Positions 24,701-32,553 of a DNA stretch of 64,000 nt are shown in pieces. Within the stretch, counting starts at the first letter, position 1, and each line of letters starts with the position of its first letter. Made by a program: the position numbers and the translations under genes. The stretch is from an uncultured Fimbriimonadaceae bacterium (GTDB lineage: Bacteria; Armatimonadota; Fimbriimonadia; Fimbriimonadales; Fimbriimonadaceae): contig CAZCSP010000010.1 in assembly GCA_964501275.1 (NCBI GenBank), positions 28,798 through 92,797 on the forward strand, given 5' to 3'. A model generated the notes under the pieces. It saw nothing but the letters and a program-made list of their open reading frames with translations. It ran no database searches and was not told the DNA's origin.

Positions 24701-25909
24701 TTAAGGTACGAGCCGGAAAGACTTAAACCCAACCACGATATCCCGCTTGCGATAAGTGCGAGCAACGGGCACGGCCTTCTCAGCCAAAGCGCCCTTCCCC
24801 GTCGTGATCACCACGCCTCCGGCCTGAGGCAAAACCTGCCACCAGTCGCCGCTCTTCTTCAGGATCTGCGCCTGAGTCACCTTTCCGGTGCCGACGGGAA
24901 TCCAGATCGGTTTGTCCTTGAGATAGGGCGGGATCGCCAGGGTGATCCTGGGCATCTCTTGGGTCGCTCTTAAGAGCGAGTCCGGGTAGTCCGCCGCGTT
25001 TTGCGAGCCCATGATCTGCATCGATCTTGTCACCACCGAGGCGGGGAAAATCGTGTCGGCGTAGAGGACCAAACCGATGTAGGCATCCATCCCCGGCTTG
25101 CCCTTGTCGGCGAGTTGGGCCGTACTTGGCGCGGATGAAGCCGTCTTGACCACCAATGAGTCCACATTGGCTTTCACCCAGGCTTCCAAGTCGGCCAGTT
25201 TCGCGCCCATCACATCGTCCGGGCCGATCACGCCTCGCTTCATCTGGTCGCGCAGAATCCGCATGAAGAACTTCTCGCCGAGATAGCCGTTGGCCCAGTG
25301 CTCGGGCGAAGTGTAGCCTCCAACCGCGGGAAGAACCGCATGGCCATACTCATGCGCCACCTCGCGAACCATCTCGATCGGCTTACTGAAACTGCGCACG
25401 TCGTAGATGTAGATCGTGCTGACCGACACCGACTGGTTGTTGACGATCTCCTCGCCCTTCAGATGCTCGCCGCCCGCCTCTCCGCCGAAGCATACATAGA
25501 AGTCGATGATGCCCTTATTGTATTTGTCAGGGTGGCGGATTCGGTACTTGTTGTAGAGCACGTCCCACATCCGAATCCCCTGCCGGGCGATGAGGACGGT
25601 GTAGTCGTAGTCCCGTTTCTTGAGTTGGCTAAAGACGCGAAATCGAATCCTGCCCTGGCGTTCTCCCGTCTTCGGATCGGAGACCGCGTCGTCGTCCGGA
25701 CCAAAAGCGCTGGCGATCCAATCGAATTGCCACTGAATGGGCGGATCGTCGCCGAATAGTTTGGGCGAGAACTTGGGCGGGTCGAGGGGAACCTCTCGGA
25801 TGTAGACCGAGAGACGAGGCGGCTTGCCCCCTGGCTCCACCATATGCATCCACCGTGCGGCTGGGTCCTGCCCCGCCACCATCATCGTAGCCGCCAATAA
25901 ACTCAACAT
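24701..25909 (-). CDS. Secreted protein with HExxH motif (putative zinc metallopeptidase)
   Basis: 402-aa ORF with a hydrophobic N-terminus and the motif VREVAHEYGHAVLP. Nothing else was recognised. Confidence 0.55.
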   Translation of the reverse strand: MLSLLAATMMVAGQDPAARWMHMVEPGGKPPRLSVYIREVPLDPPKFSPKLFGDDPPIQWQFDWIASAFGPDDDAVSDPKTGERQGRIRFRVFSQLKKRDYDYTVLIARQGIRMWDVLYNKYRIRHPDKYNKGIIDFYVCFGGEAGGEHLKGEEIVNNQSVSVSTIYIYDVRSFSKPIEMVREVAHEYGHAVLPAVGGYTSPEHWANGYLGEKFFMRILRDQMKRGVIGPDDVMGAKLADLEAWVKANVDSLVVKTASSAPSTAQLADKGKPGMDAYIGLVLYADTIFPASVVTRSMQIMGSQNAADYPDSLLRATQEMPRITLAIPPYLKDKPIWIPVGTGKVTQAQILKKSGDWWQVLPQAGGVVITTGKGALAEKAVPVARTYRKRDIVVGFKSFRLVP

Positions 25910-25912
25910 AAG

Positions 25913-26848
25913 TTAGTGTCCCAGGTGCTCTAGATACCGCTCCGCGTCGATCGCCGCCATACAGCCCGTACCCGCCGCCGTCACCGCCTGCCGATACACG
26001 CTGTCCGCCACGTCTCCCGCGGCAAACACGCCCTCGACGTTCGTCTTGGTACTTCCCGGCAAGGTTTGGATATAGCCCACGTCGTCCATATCGATCATCC
26101 CTTTTACCAGGTCGCTGTTGGGCTTGTGCCCGATGGCGACGAAAACGCCGTTGATCGGCATCTCCGTCTTTTGGTCCGTGGCCAGGTTGTGCAGCCTGAC
26201 TCCCGTCACCTTCTTGACTGGCTCGGTGTCTCCCAGAATTTCGTCCACCACCGTGTTCCAGATCACCTGAATCTTGGGGTTGTTGAGCACGCGATCCTGC
26301 ATGATCTTGCTCGCCCGGAACTCATCGCGCCGATGCACCACATAAACACGACTGCAATGGCGGGTCAGGTAGTTCGCCTCCTCCATCGCCGTGTCTCCGC
26401 CGCCCACGATGATCACCTCTTTGCCCCGGAAGAAGAATCCGTCGCAGGTGGCGCAGGCGCTGACGCCGAAGCCGCCAAAGGTGATCTCGCTCTCCAGCCC
26501 AATCCACTTCGCGCTGGCCCCGGTGGCCAGGATAAGGGCGTGGGTCTCGTGGACATCTTCGCCGACGTAGACCTTGAACGGGCGAGAGGTCAGGTCCAGC
26601 CGGGTCACCTCTTTATGCTCCACCCGCGCCCCAAACCGCTCGGCCTGCTTCTTGAAAAGCTCCATCATCTCCGGCCCCATGATCCCATCGGGATAGCCCG
26701 GATAGTTCTCCACGTCTGTGGTAATCATAAGCTGGCCTCCAGGTTGGAGACCGGCGAAAACGAGAGGCTGAAGGTCTGCGCGAGCGTTGTAGAGGGCCGC
26801 CGTATACCCTGCCGGCCCCGAGCCGACGATGATCACTTTTTCTGGCAT
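25913..26848 (-). CDS. trxB: Thioredoxin-disulfide reductase
   Basis: VIIVGSGPAGYTAALY, redox-active CATCDG, GGGDTAMEEA, FAAGDV. Confidence 0.95.
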   Translation of the reverse strand: MPEKVIIVGSGPAGYTAALYNARADLQPLVFAGLQPGGQLMITTDVENYPGYPDGIMGPEMMELFKKQAERFGARVEHKEVTRLDLTSRPFKVYVGEDVHETHALILATGASAKWIGLESEITFGGFGVSACATCDGFFFRGKEVIIVGGGDTAMEEANYLTRHCSRVYVVHRRDEFRASKIMQDRVLNNPKIQVIWNTVVDEILGDTEPVKKVTGVRLHNLATDQKTEMPINGVFVAIGHKPNSDLVKGMIDMDDVGYIQTLPGSTKTNVEGVFAAGDVADSVYRQAVTAAGTGCMAAIDAERYLEHLGH

Positions 26849-26952
26849 GGTTGTTGGTTGATTGCTAGGAGAAGATTACCCGCGAGATAGAACGGGCCTG
26901 GGCTTCAACAAATGCAGTTTCTTTCCATCAGGGGTAACCTCCAACCAGGTAA

Positions 26953-27147
26953 ATGAAGCTCAGCGACCTGCGAAAACACCTGCACCAACATAACTGTCTG
27001 TTGGCTAGAGACACGGGCGGGCATTCGATCTACAAGAACACGGCCAACGGCAAGTCGGCGGCAGTGCCAAGGCATACAGAAATAGCGTGGGGCACCGTTA
27101 AAGGAATCTGCGAGCGGTTGGAAATTCCTAAACCCAGCGGGCGCTAA
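26953..27147 (+). CDS. hicA: HicA-family toxin (second copy)
   Basis: 64 aa: LRKHLHQHNCLLARDTGGHSIYKNTANGKSAAVPRHTEIAWGTVKGICERLEIP fits the HicA pattern. Confidence 0.75.
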   Translation: MKLSDLRKHLHQHNCLLARDTGGHSIYKNTANGKSAAVPRHTEIAWGTVKGICERLEIPKPSGR

Positions 27148-27365
27148 CTTGCCAGTCGAACGGTTTCGATGTTCCCCGGCTCTGCAACTTGGGCTTTGGC
27201 TTCGTCTCTCCTAAACTCCAGCAACTCGTTGAGGGCATCAAGCACATTCGCCTTCGCTTCCTCCTTCGTCCGGCCCTGAGAGATTGCCCCCGGAACCTCC
27301 GCGACCTCGGACACCCACCACCCGTCGTCGCTCCATTCATATACGATTGTCCAAGTTCCACTCAT
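27144..27365 (-). CDS. hicB: HicB-family antitoxin (second copy, short form)
   Basis: The ATG at 27365 was verified. MSGTWTIVYEWSDDGWWVSEVAEVPGAISQGRTKEEAKANVLDALNELL is a paralogue-like match to 10320..10526 (EVPxxPG..GRTKEEAxANV). It is convergent with hicA, with a 4-nt 3' overlap. Confidence 0.75.
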   Translation of the reverse strand: MSGTWTIVYEWSDDGWWVSEVAEVPGAISQGRTKEEAKANVLDALNELLEFRRDEAKAQVAEPGNIETVRLAS

Positions 27366-27557
27366 GATCGCAACCTGCTCTAAGGATACTATACGTGTTT
27401 TCTCCCGACCAACGATCTGACCCACCTGACAGATCAGTCGGATCAGGCAGATAGGTCAGGCCACGCCGCTCCCCCAACGCCCCAACACCGAAAAGCCGCA
27501 AAACCGTCTCTGCCCGCACCATTCCCCGCCCCTCGCTCGTCTTGAATACCCGAGAGA

Positions 27558-27836
27558 ATGTCTGAGAATCAAACGCCTGAGCCGGTGAGTGTGTATGCCG
27601 TCATCATGACCATGGTGGATACCATGGCTACCATCGCTTGGTCCAAGCTGGGCCTGCAACCCGACCTGGCCACGGGCCGGATCGAGAAGGACATGGAGCA
27701 GGCCAAAGTCGCCATCGACCTCACCACCCATCTCGCAAGCTTCATCGAGCCTCAACTGGACGAGGACGACAAGCGGCGGGTCCACGGGCTGGTGCGCGAT
27801 CTCAGGATGAACTACGTAGAGAAATCCAAGGAATGA
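27558..27836 (+). CDS. DUF1844-like small acidic protein
   Basis: 92 aa. VYAVIMTMVDTMATIAWSKLGLQPDLATGRIEKDMEQAKVAIDLTTHL matches my recollection of DUF1844. Confidence 0.65.
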   Translation: MSENQTPEPVSVYAVIMTMVDTMATIAWSKLGLQPDLATGRIEKDMEQAKVAIDLTTHLASFIEPQLDEDDKRRVHGLVRDLRMNYVEKSKE

Positions 27837-28306
27837 GCATGGAAAGGACGCAAGGAAGAGTTGTCAGGGTGCCCTCGTTGGCCAACCGTCTGAAAATGGC
27901 GGTTCTGGACCGTCGGGAGACGAGCCAATGGGCCAAGGAACAGGCAGTCGGCCCCACGGTGCAGGAGCGACAGCTTGCCCTTATCCACTTCTACCAAGAG
28001 TATGAGACCCTGGTGGAAACCCTCTGCGACGCCGCCCAGTACGGCCCTACGTCCTTCCTGGAGAAAGCCTATCTGTCGGTTCGCGAATGGATGCAGGAGA
28101 ACTATCCCCAAGTAGGCCGATATGCGGTGGCATACCTGCAGTTCGAGGTGGACGACCGGGGCGATGCGTTCGAAGCCCTGTTCTCTTCCCCCGACCTCGC
28201 GACGTTCTTGCAGACGGATGACGGTAACATGATCTCGCGAATCATGCGCACGCGGGAGGCCTTGAACCGATACGGGGATCACCTGCGCCAGCTTGCCGCC
28301 GCATAG
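27833..28306 (+). CDS. Hypothetical protein
   Basis: The ATG at 27833 overlaps the preceding stop (ATGA). 157 aa. The upstream part of track ORF 27638.. is Arg/Gly/His-rich and overlaps the DUF1844 gene, so it is rejected. Confidence 0.55.
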   Translation: MSMERTQGRVVRVPSLANRLKMAVLDRRETSQWAKEQAVGPTVQERQLALIHFYQEYETLVETLCDAAQYGPTSFLEKAYLSVREWMQENYPQVGRYAVAYLQFEVDDRGDAFEALFSSPDLATFLQTDDGNMISRIMRTREALNRYGDHLRQLAAA

Positions 28307-28309
28307 TCC

Positions 28310-29254
28310 ATGCGCCAAACCTTTCATCACGCGAATTTCGAAGCTCTCGCCGAGGCATGGAACGAGTACTACTCGGAGCCTTTCCGCATCGACGCCCAGC
28401 TTTTAGAGCAGAACACGGTGAAGTCGCCGGTTTTCGACTGGGGCGTTTCCCAGATCGAGACGGACGCCGCTGGTCGAGTGCTTGGCTTTGTGGCCTTCAA
28501 GCGATCCGCCGCCGGACTCTTCAAGGGCCCCTCCATCGACCAGGCCCACCTCTCCGCCATCGCCTACTCCGACCCCAAGGTTGCCGTCGAACTGATGGCG
28601 GAAGCAAAGCGCATCCTTCGCAATCGAGGCGTCAACCGCATCCACTTCGGCAGCGACTCCCGCCACTTCTGGCCCGGCTGTCCGATCGAGTGCGGGGGCA
28701 TCTGCGGGTTTTTGATGGTGGAGGGGTTTGAGGACCAAGACGAGGTTTTCGATCTGGAACGCAACCTGTCGGACTATGTGCCGCCCCGCCCCCTGCCCAT
28801 CGGCTTTGAGTACCGAACCTTGGCCAGCGACGACGATGTGGTGGCGCTACGGGTCTTCTTGGAAAACGAATTCCCAGGCCGCTGGCGGCACGATGTCTTG
28901 GACAAGGTGAGAACCGAAGGCGACCCCAGTTGCGTTTTAGCGGCGTTCGAGGGCTCGAACGTCGTCGGCTTCGCCCTGATTCAGGACTCCAACTGCAAAC
29001 TCCCCATCGGAGGCGCAGTGTGGCGAAACTCGCTGGGCGGCAAGTGGGGCTCCTTGGGGCCGATTGGGGTTTCCGCAGAAAAGAGAGGCGTCGGCCTAGG
29101 CCACGCCGTACTAAGCACCGCCCTGCTAGAACTGAAAAACCGAGGAGTCCAACGATGCATCATCGACTGGACGACGTTGGACAAGTTCTACAACGAACAC
29201 GGCTTCGAAATTACGCGGCGCTACAAGCCCTCTAGTTTGCGGTTGGGAGATTAA
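28310..29254 (+). CDS. GNAT-family N-acetyltransferase (two-domain)
   Basis: 314 aa with the C-terminal acetyl-CoA motif IGVSAEKRGVGLGHAVLSTALLELKNRG. Confidence 0.78.
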   Translation: MRQTFHHANFEALAEAWNEYYSEPFRIDAQLLEQNTVKSPVFDWGVSQIETDAAGRVLGFVAFKRSAAGLFKGPSIDQAHLSAIAYSDPKVAVELMAEAKRILRNRGVNRIHFGSDSRHFWPGCPIECGGICGFLMVEGFEDQDEVFDLERNLSDYVPPRPLPIGFEYRTLASDDDVVALRVFLENEFPGRWRHDVLDKVRTEGDPSCVLAAFEGSNVVGFALIQDSNCKLPIGGAVWRNSLGGKWGSLGPIGVSAEKRGVGLGHAVLSTALLELKNRGVQRCIIDWTTLDKFYNEHGFEITRRYKPSSLRLGD

Positions 29255-29341
29255 AGACTCCCCCTCCTCTTTTTCCGCGGCCACAGGCTTGTCACTTATC
29301 CTGCTCGAATCGCGAGAAGAGGAGGAAGGGGCCTCCGGACT

Positions 29342-29377
29342 CCCCCTCCTCCAAGTGGTTCGTCTTGGAGGAGGGGG
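29342..29377. repeat. Perfect 14-bp hairpin CCCCCTCCTCCAAG-TGGTTCGT-CTTGGAGGAGGGGG
   Basis: Read directly. It lies inside a 500-nt non-coding stretch (29255-29752) that also contains three GCTTGTAG words and several short palindromes. Confidence 0.8.
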
Positions 29378-29752
29378 GCGGGGGGAGGAGGTTTCGCTTG
29401 TAGTTGCCCCAAGGCTTGTAGCCCTATGCCAGCGCTGAAACCATCCCAGTCGATCCGCCTCAAGGCACAAAGACACCAAGGAGCGACACCGCCCGCCGTA
29501 GCCTGGACGTCCACGTCCGGGTCTCCGTGCCTTGGACCTCCAGGTCCGAGGACCTTGCAGTCGCCGCAAAGCTTGTAGACGGCGGCAAAAATGCATCCGC
29601 CCCCTACACCGAACCGGTACGGGCAAACACACGCTACTTCGTCTCCGAAGAGAGTTCTCTACCGATTTACTGGTAGCGATTATCCGAATGATCCACCCCC
29701 AGGAGGAGGTACAACCCAACCAGGTGGTGGTATTGGAGGAGGAACCGGTTAG

Positions 29753-30538
29753 ATGCTCGCAATACTTGCTCTCTTAACGGCTGTAACAAGCCCTCAGGTC
29801 CCCGCCAATTGGAATGATGACCTTGTTCGGCCTCCTTGGGTCACGACCAGTTGGGACGATGACGATCCGCTGAAGAACGCCTGGAGACCGTACGCCGCAA
29901 TCCTGAAAAAGCATCCCGGGTATGCCACTAAAACAGGACTCCCGGAGAAGGCGAGGCAACTGGTCGCAGAACTGGACAACGGTCCGATCACCGAGCAGCG
30001 CTTGTATCGGGCCGCCGCCGTCTATACGGTGGCCCGTGCCCTCGAATGGGACTTCGACTATGATCCATTGGCGAGTAAAGCCTATGGGAAACTCTCGCTG
30101 GCGTGGATGAAGTACGACAAGCCAACCGTCTCCATGGAATTTTGTCGAATGGGCTTCGCCCTCTGCTCGATGCGCATGGAGTTCGACGCGGGAGATATGC
30201 CTCAGCTTCTCGTTCGTCGACACCCCAATGATCGCCTAGTCATCCGAGGAATGGTTGGGTACGTGCGCAGGAGACCGACGGACCCCAAGGTGATCACGTG
30301 GACCTTGGACTTAGCCAAAAAGTTACCTACTTTGGCAGATCGACGTCCGCAAGACTTCATTACCGTACACTTGGCCCATGGTGCCAACTTCTGGAAATCG
30401 AAGAGTGTGAATGATGCGATCGGATCAAGGGATGCTCTTCGCAAGGCCGTCAAATTGGTACCGCCCGACTTTGCCAAGAGGATCCAAGCGGAACTGGATG
30501 TAGTGGAACGATACGTTAAGAGACACAGCACACCGTGA
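29753..30538 (+). CDS. Secreted protein, unknown function
   Basis: 261-aa ORF. A GGAGGAGG Shine-Dalgarno sequence lies about 10 nt upstream. The N-terminus is signal-like (MLAILALLTAVTSPQVPA). Confidence 0.6.
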   Translation: MLAILALLTAVTSPQVPANWNDDLVRPPWVTTSWDDDDPLKNAWRPYAAILKKHPGYATKTGLPEKARQLVAELDNGPITEQRLYRAAAVYTVARALEWDFDYDPLASKAYGKLSLAWMKYDKPTVSMEFCRMGFALCSMRMEFDAGDMPQLLVRRHPNDRLVIRGMVGYVRRRPTDPKVITWTLDLAKKLPTLADRRPQDFITVHLAHGANFWKSKSVNDAIGSRDALRKAVKLVPPDFAKRIQAELDVVERYVKRHSTP

Positions 30539-30625
30539 TGTGTGCGAAGAAAATTCTGCCATGAGTGAAGGTCGAGGCTGCTACACACGAATTGCAGTTA
30601 TAAGCAGACCTCTCTAAACTCCAAC

Positions 30626-31600
30626 CTACACCCTCTCCGGCACAACCACGCGACCCGTCTTTGCGCTCTCCATCGCCGCCAAGGCAATACTCACTGCCAT
30701 GGCCCCGTCATAACCCGACACCGCCACGTCCGTCCCATTCTTCACCGCATCGACGAAGCCCCGCAGTTGCTTGTAGTAAGGATCATCGGTAGCCGAGATC
30801 GCGCCGTCGGCGAAAGTCTTTCCTCCCTCCACCGTCGTCTTCAAAGCCACGTTTTGACGAGAGTCGTGCTGGATCAGGCCGTTGCTTCCAGCGACTTCAA
30901 ACGTCGTCCGAAATCCACTGGGGTCCATCCAAGTCGCCTCGACGTGGGCCACCGCTCCGCTTGCAAAAGTCAGAGTGGTCAAGGCGTAGTCCGGCCCGCT
31001 GCCCGCCGCAATCCCCACCGATCGGGAGTAGAGGTGCTTCACTTCGCCGAGGGTCCAGCGGAGCCAATCGAAGTCGTGGACCGCCAAGTCCAGCAAGACG
31101 CCGCCGGAGCGGTGATGGTCTTGGAACCAACCTCTGGACCCTACCGGGGCCAAGCCTCCGCGCCGAGTTCGCGCCGCCGCTGGAGTGCCGATCTTCCCCG
31201 CCTTCACCAGCCGATGCCCCGTGGCGAAGTCGGCAAAGAACCGCACCACTTGGCCCACCGCCAGCGGCACATTGGCATCACCCGCCGCACCGATCAGCTT
31301 TCTACAATCCTCCAAAGTCCGGGCCAATGGCTTTTCGATAAACACCGCCCGCCCCGCCGCAATCGCCTTCAAACCTGCTTCCGTATGCAGGTCGGTCGGG
31401 AGGCAGACATCTACCACATCGCACTGAGAGATCACCGCTTCTACAGAATCCAGCGGCGTGGCCGACCACTGCTTGGAAAAGCCTTCGCTCTTCTCGGGAA
31501 GGGGCTCGAAGAAGTGGAGGTCCACATCCGACATCTTTTGATACTGCCTCGCGTGAACGTTGCCCATACCGCCTGCGCCAAGGATGCCAACTTTGACCAT
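30626..31600 (-). CDS. Gfo/Idh/MocA-family NAD(P)-dependent oxidoreductase
   Basis: MVKVGILGAGGMGNVHARQY (Rossmann fold), FIEKPLA, and the C-terminal alpha/beta domain. Confidence 0.88.
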   Translation of the reverse strand: MVKVGILGAGGMGNVHARQYQKMSDVDLHFFEPLPEKSEGFSKQWSATPLDSVEAVISQCDVVDVCLPTDLHTEAGLKAIAAGRAVFIEKPLARTLEDCRKLIGAAGDANVPLAVGQVVRFFADFATGHRLVKAGKIGTPAAARTRRGGLAPVGSRGWFQDHHRSGGVLLDLAVHDFDWLRWTLGEVKHLYSRSVGIAAGSGPDYALTTLTFASGAVAHVEATWMDPSGFRTTFEVAGSNGLIQHDSRQNVALKTTVEGGKTFADGAISATDDPYYKQLRGFVDAVKNGTDVAVSGYDGAMAVSIALAAMESAKTGRVVVPERV

Positions 31601-31609
31601 CTAGCCTGA

Positions 31610-32248
31610 TTATAGCCAGACGCACAGGCCCGTCGCTTCGGCTATATCTTTGATGGGAAACCCATTGGGGTCGTTCTTCCGCTCTGGAGAGATGGCGGCG
31701 TGAGTCGTGATGAACTTGAGGTTCGGGAACCGGGCCTTGAGCCGTGTCGCGATAAGAATGGCGGTCTCGATCTGGGCTTTAGTAAACGGGTCGATGCCGT
31801 TATTGAGGTTCACCAGGCTGATGCCGATGGAGTATTCGTTGACCCCTGATCCCTGGGGTCCGGTGGATTGCCCGGCATGGAAGGCGACGTTCGTGGGGGC
31901 AACGCACTGAATGGCGGTTCCGTCTTTGTCGACGAGATAGTGATAGCTGAACCCGCGCTCCCTCAGAATCGACAGAGAGCTTTTCAGAGTTGGCTCGACG
32001 GTAGCGTGGAAGACGACCGTATCCACCACCGTAGTCGGCTTGCGCAGGCGAAACTCCAGAGCGGGGCTGAGATACTCGATGGCGAAACTTTTACCCGGCT
32101 TTGGGCAAAGGATTCTTTCCGTAATCCGAAAGCTCCACCGCCATCTCGACCACCGCGTGGTCGTGAACCACCGGATCGCCGCCGGCTTCGGTAGCGCCGC
32201 ACTGCTCACACATGAGGTGGGCGCACTCTTCTTGAAGAGATCGACCAC
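31610..32248 (-). CDS. N-acetylmuramoyl-L-alanine amidase (Amidase_2/AmpD-like)
   Basis: VVFHATVEP...YHYLVDKDGTAIQCV...AFHAGQS...NEYSIGISL...HAAISPERKNDPNGFP. The first ~50 codons of the ATG-defined ORF are Trp/Arg-rich and look non-native, so the true start is probably further downstream (for example a GTG near 32040). Confidence 0.8.
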   Translation of the reverse strand: MVDLFKKSAPTSCVSSAALPKPAAIRWFTTTRWSRWRWSFRITERILCPKPGKSFAIEYLSPALEFRLRKPTTVVDTVVFHATVEPTLKSSLSILRERGFSYHYLVDKDGTAIQCVAPTNVAFHAGQSTGPQGSGVNEYSIGISLVNLNNGIDPFTKAQIETAILIATRLKARFPNLKFITTHAAISPERKNDPNGFPIKDIAEATGLCVWL

Positions 32249-32282
32249 AACGAAGACACCTAGTTTCGCAAACCCTCAGCAA
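32091..32282 (-). CDS. Possible small zinc-ribbon protein (CxxC...CxxC)
   Basis: 63-aa ORF MLRVCETRCLRCGRSLQEECAHLMCEQCGATE... in another frame over the doubtful 5' end of the amidase ORF. It is either a real small gene or evidence of a frameshift. Confidence 0.3.
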   Translation of the reverse strand: MLRVCETRCLRCGRSLQEECAHLMCEQCGATEAGGDPVVHDHAVVEMAVELSDYGKNPLPKAG

Positions 32283-32410
32283 ATCCTAAACCCCATTCGC
32301 TCGCATTCGAAGGGACGATGCAAGCCTAGTAAAAGTATCGGGCAACTAACCCGGTTTAATTAGCAGGTTTGACGTTAAATCTCAAGAGTGGTTCCCGGAG
32401 AGGGCGTAGC

Positions 32411-32522
32411 GGTGTTGGGCGTGAGGCGTTAGGTGTTAGGCATTGGGTGCTGGTTCATGGCTACCGCCAAACCCAAAACCAAAAACCCAAAGCCTAACGC
32501 CCAATACCCAGCACCCAAAGCC
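32411..32522. repeat. GT-rich heptad block (32411-32453) followed by its CA-rich complement (32467-32522)
   Basis: Read directly: GGTGTTGGGCGTGAGGCGTTAGGTGTTAGGCATTGGGTGCTGG ... CCAAACCCAAAACCAAAAACCCAAAGCCTAACGCCCAATACCCAGCACCCAAAGCC. It is the same word family as 7505-7600. Confidence 0.7.
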
Positions 32523-32553
32523 GAGAGCCTTACGAAGTAAACTCACCCTTCGC

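Noticed and set aside
29126-29719. 197-aa ORF crossing the 500-nt hairpin-rich gap
   Set aside because: It is extremely Arg/Ser/Pro/Trp-rich, overlaps the 3' end of the GNAT gene and runs through the perfect hairpins. It is not credible as protein.
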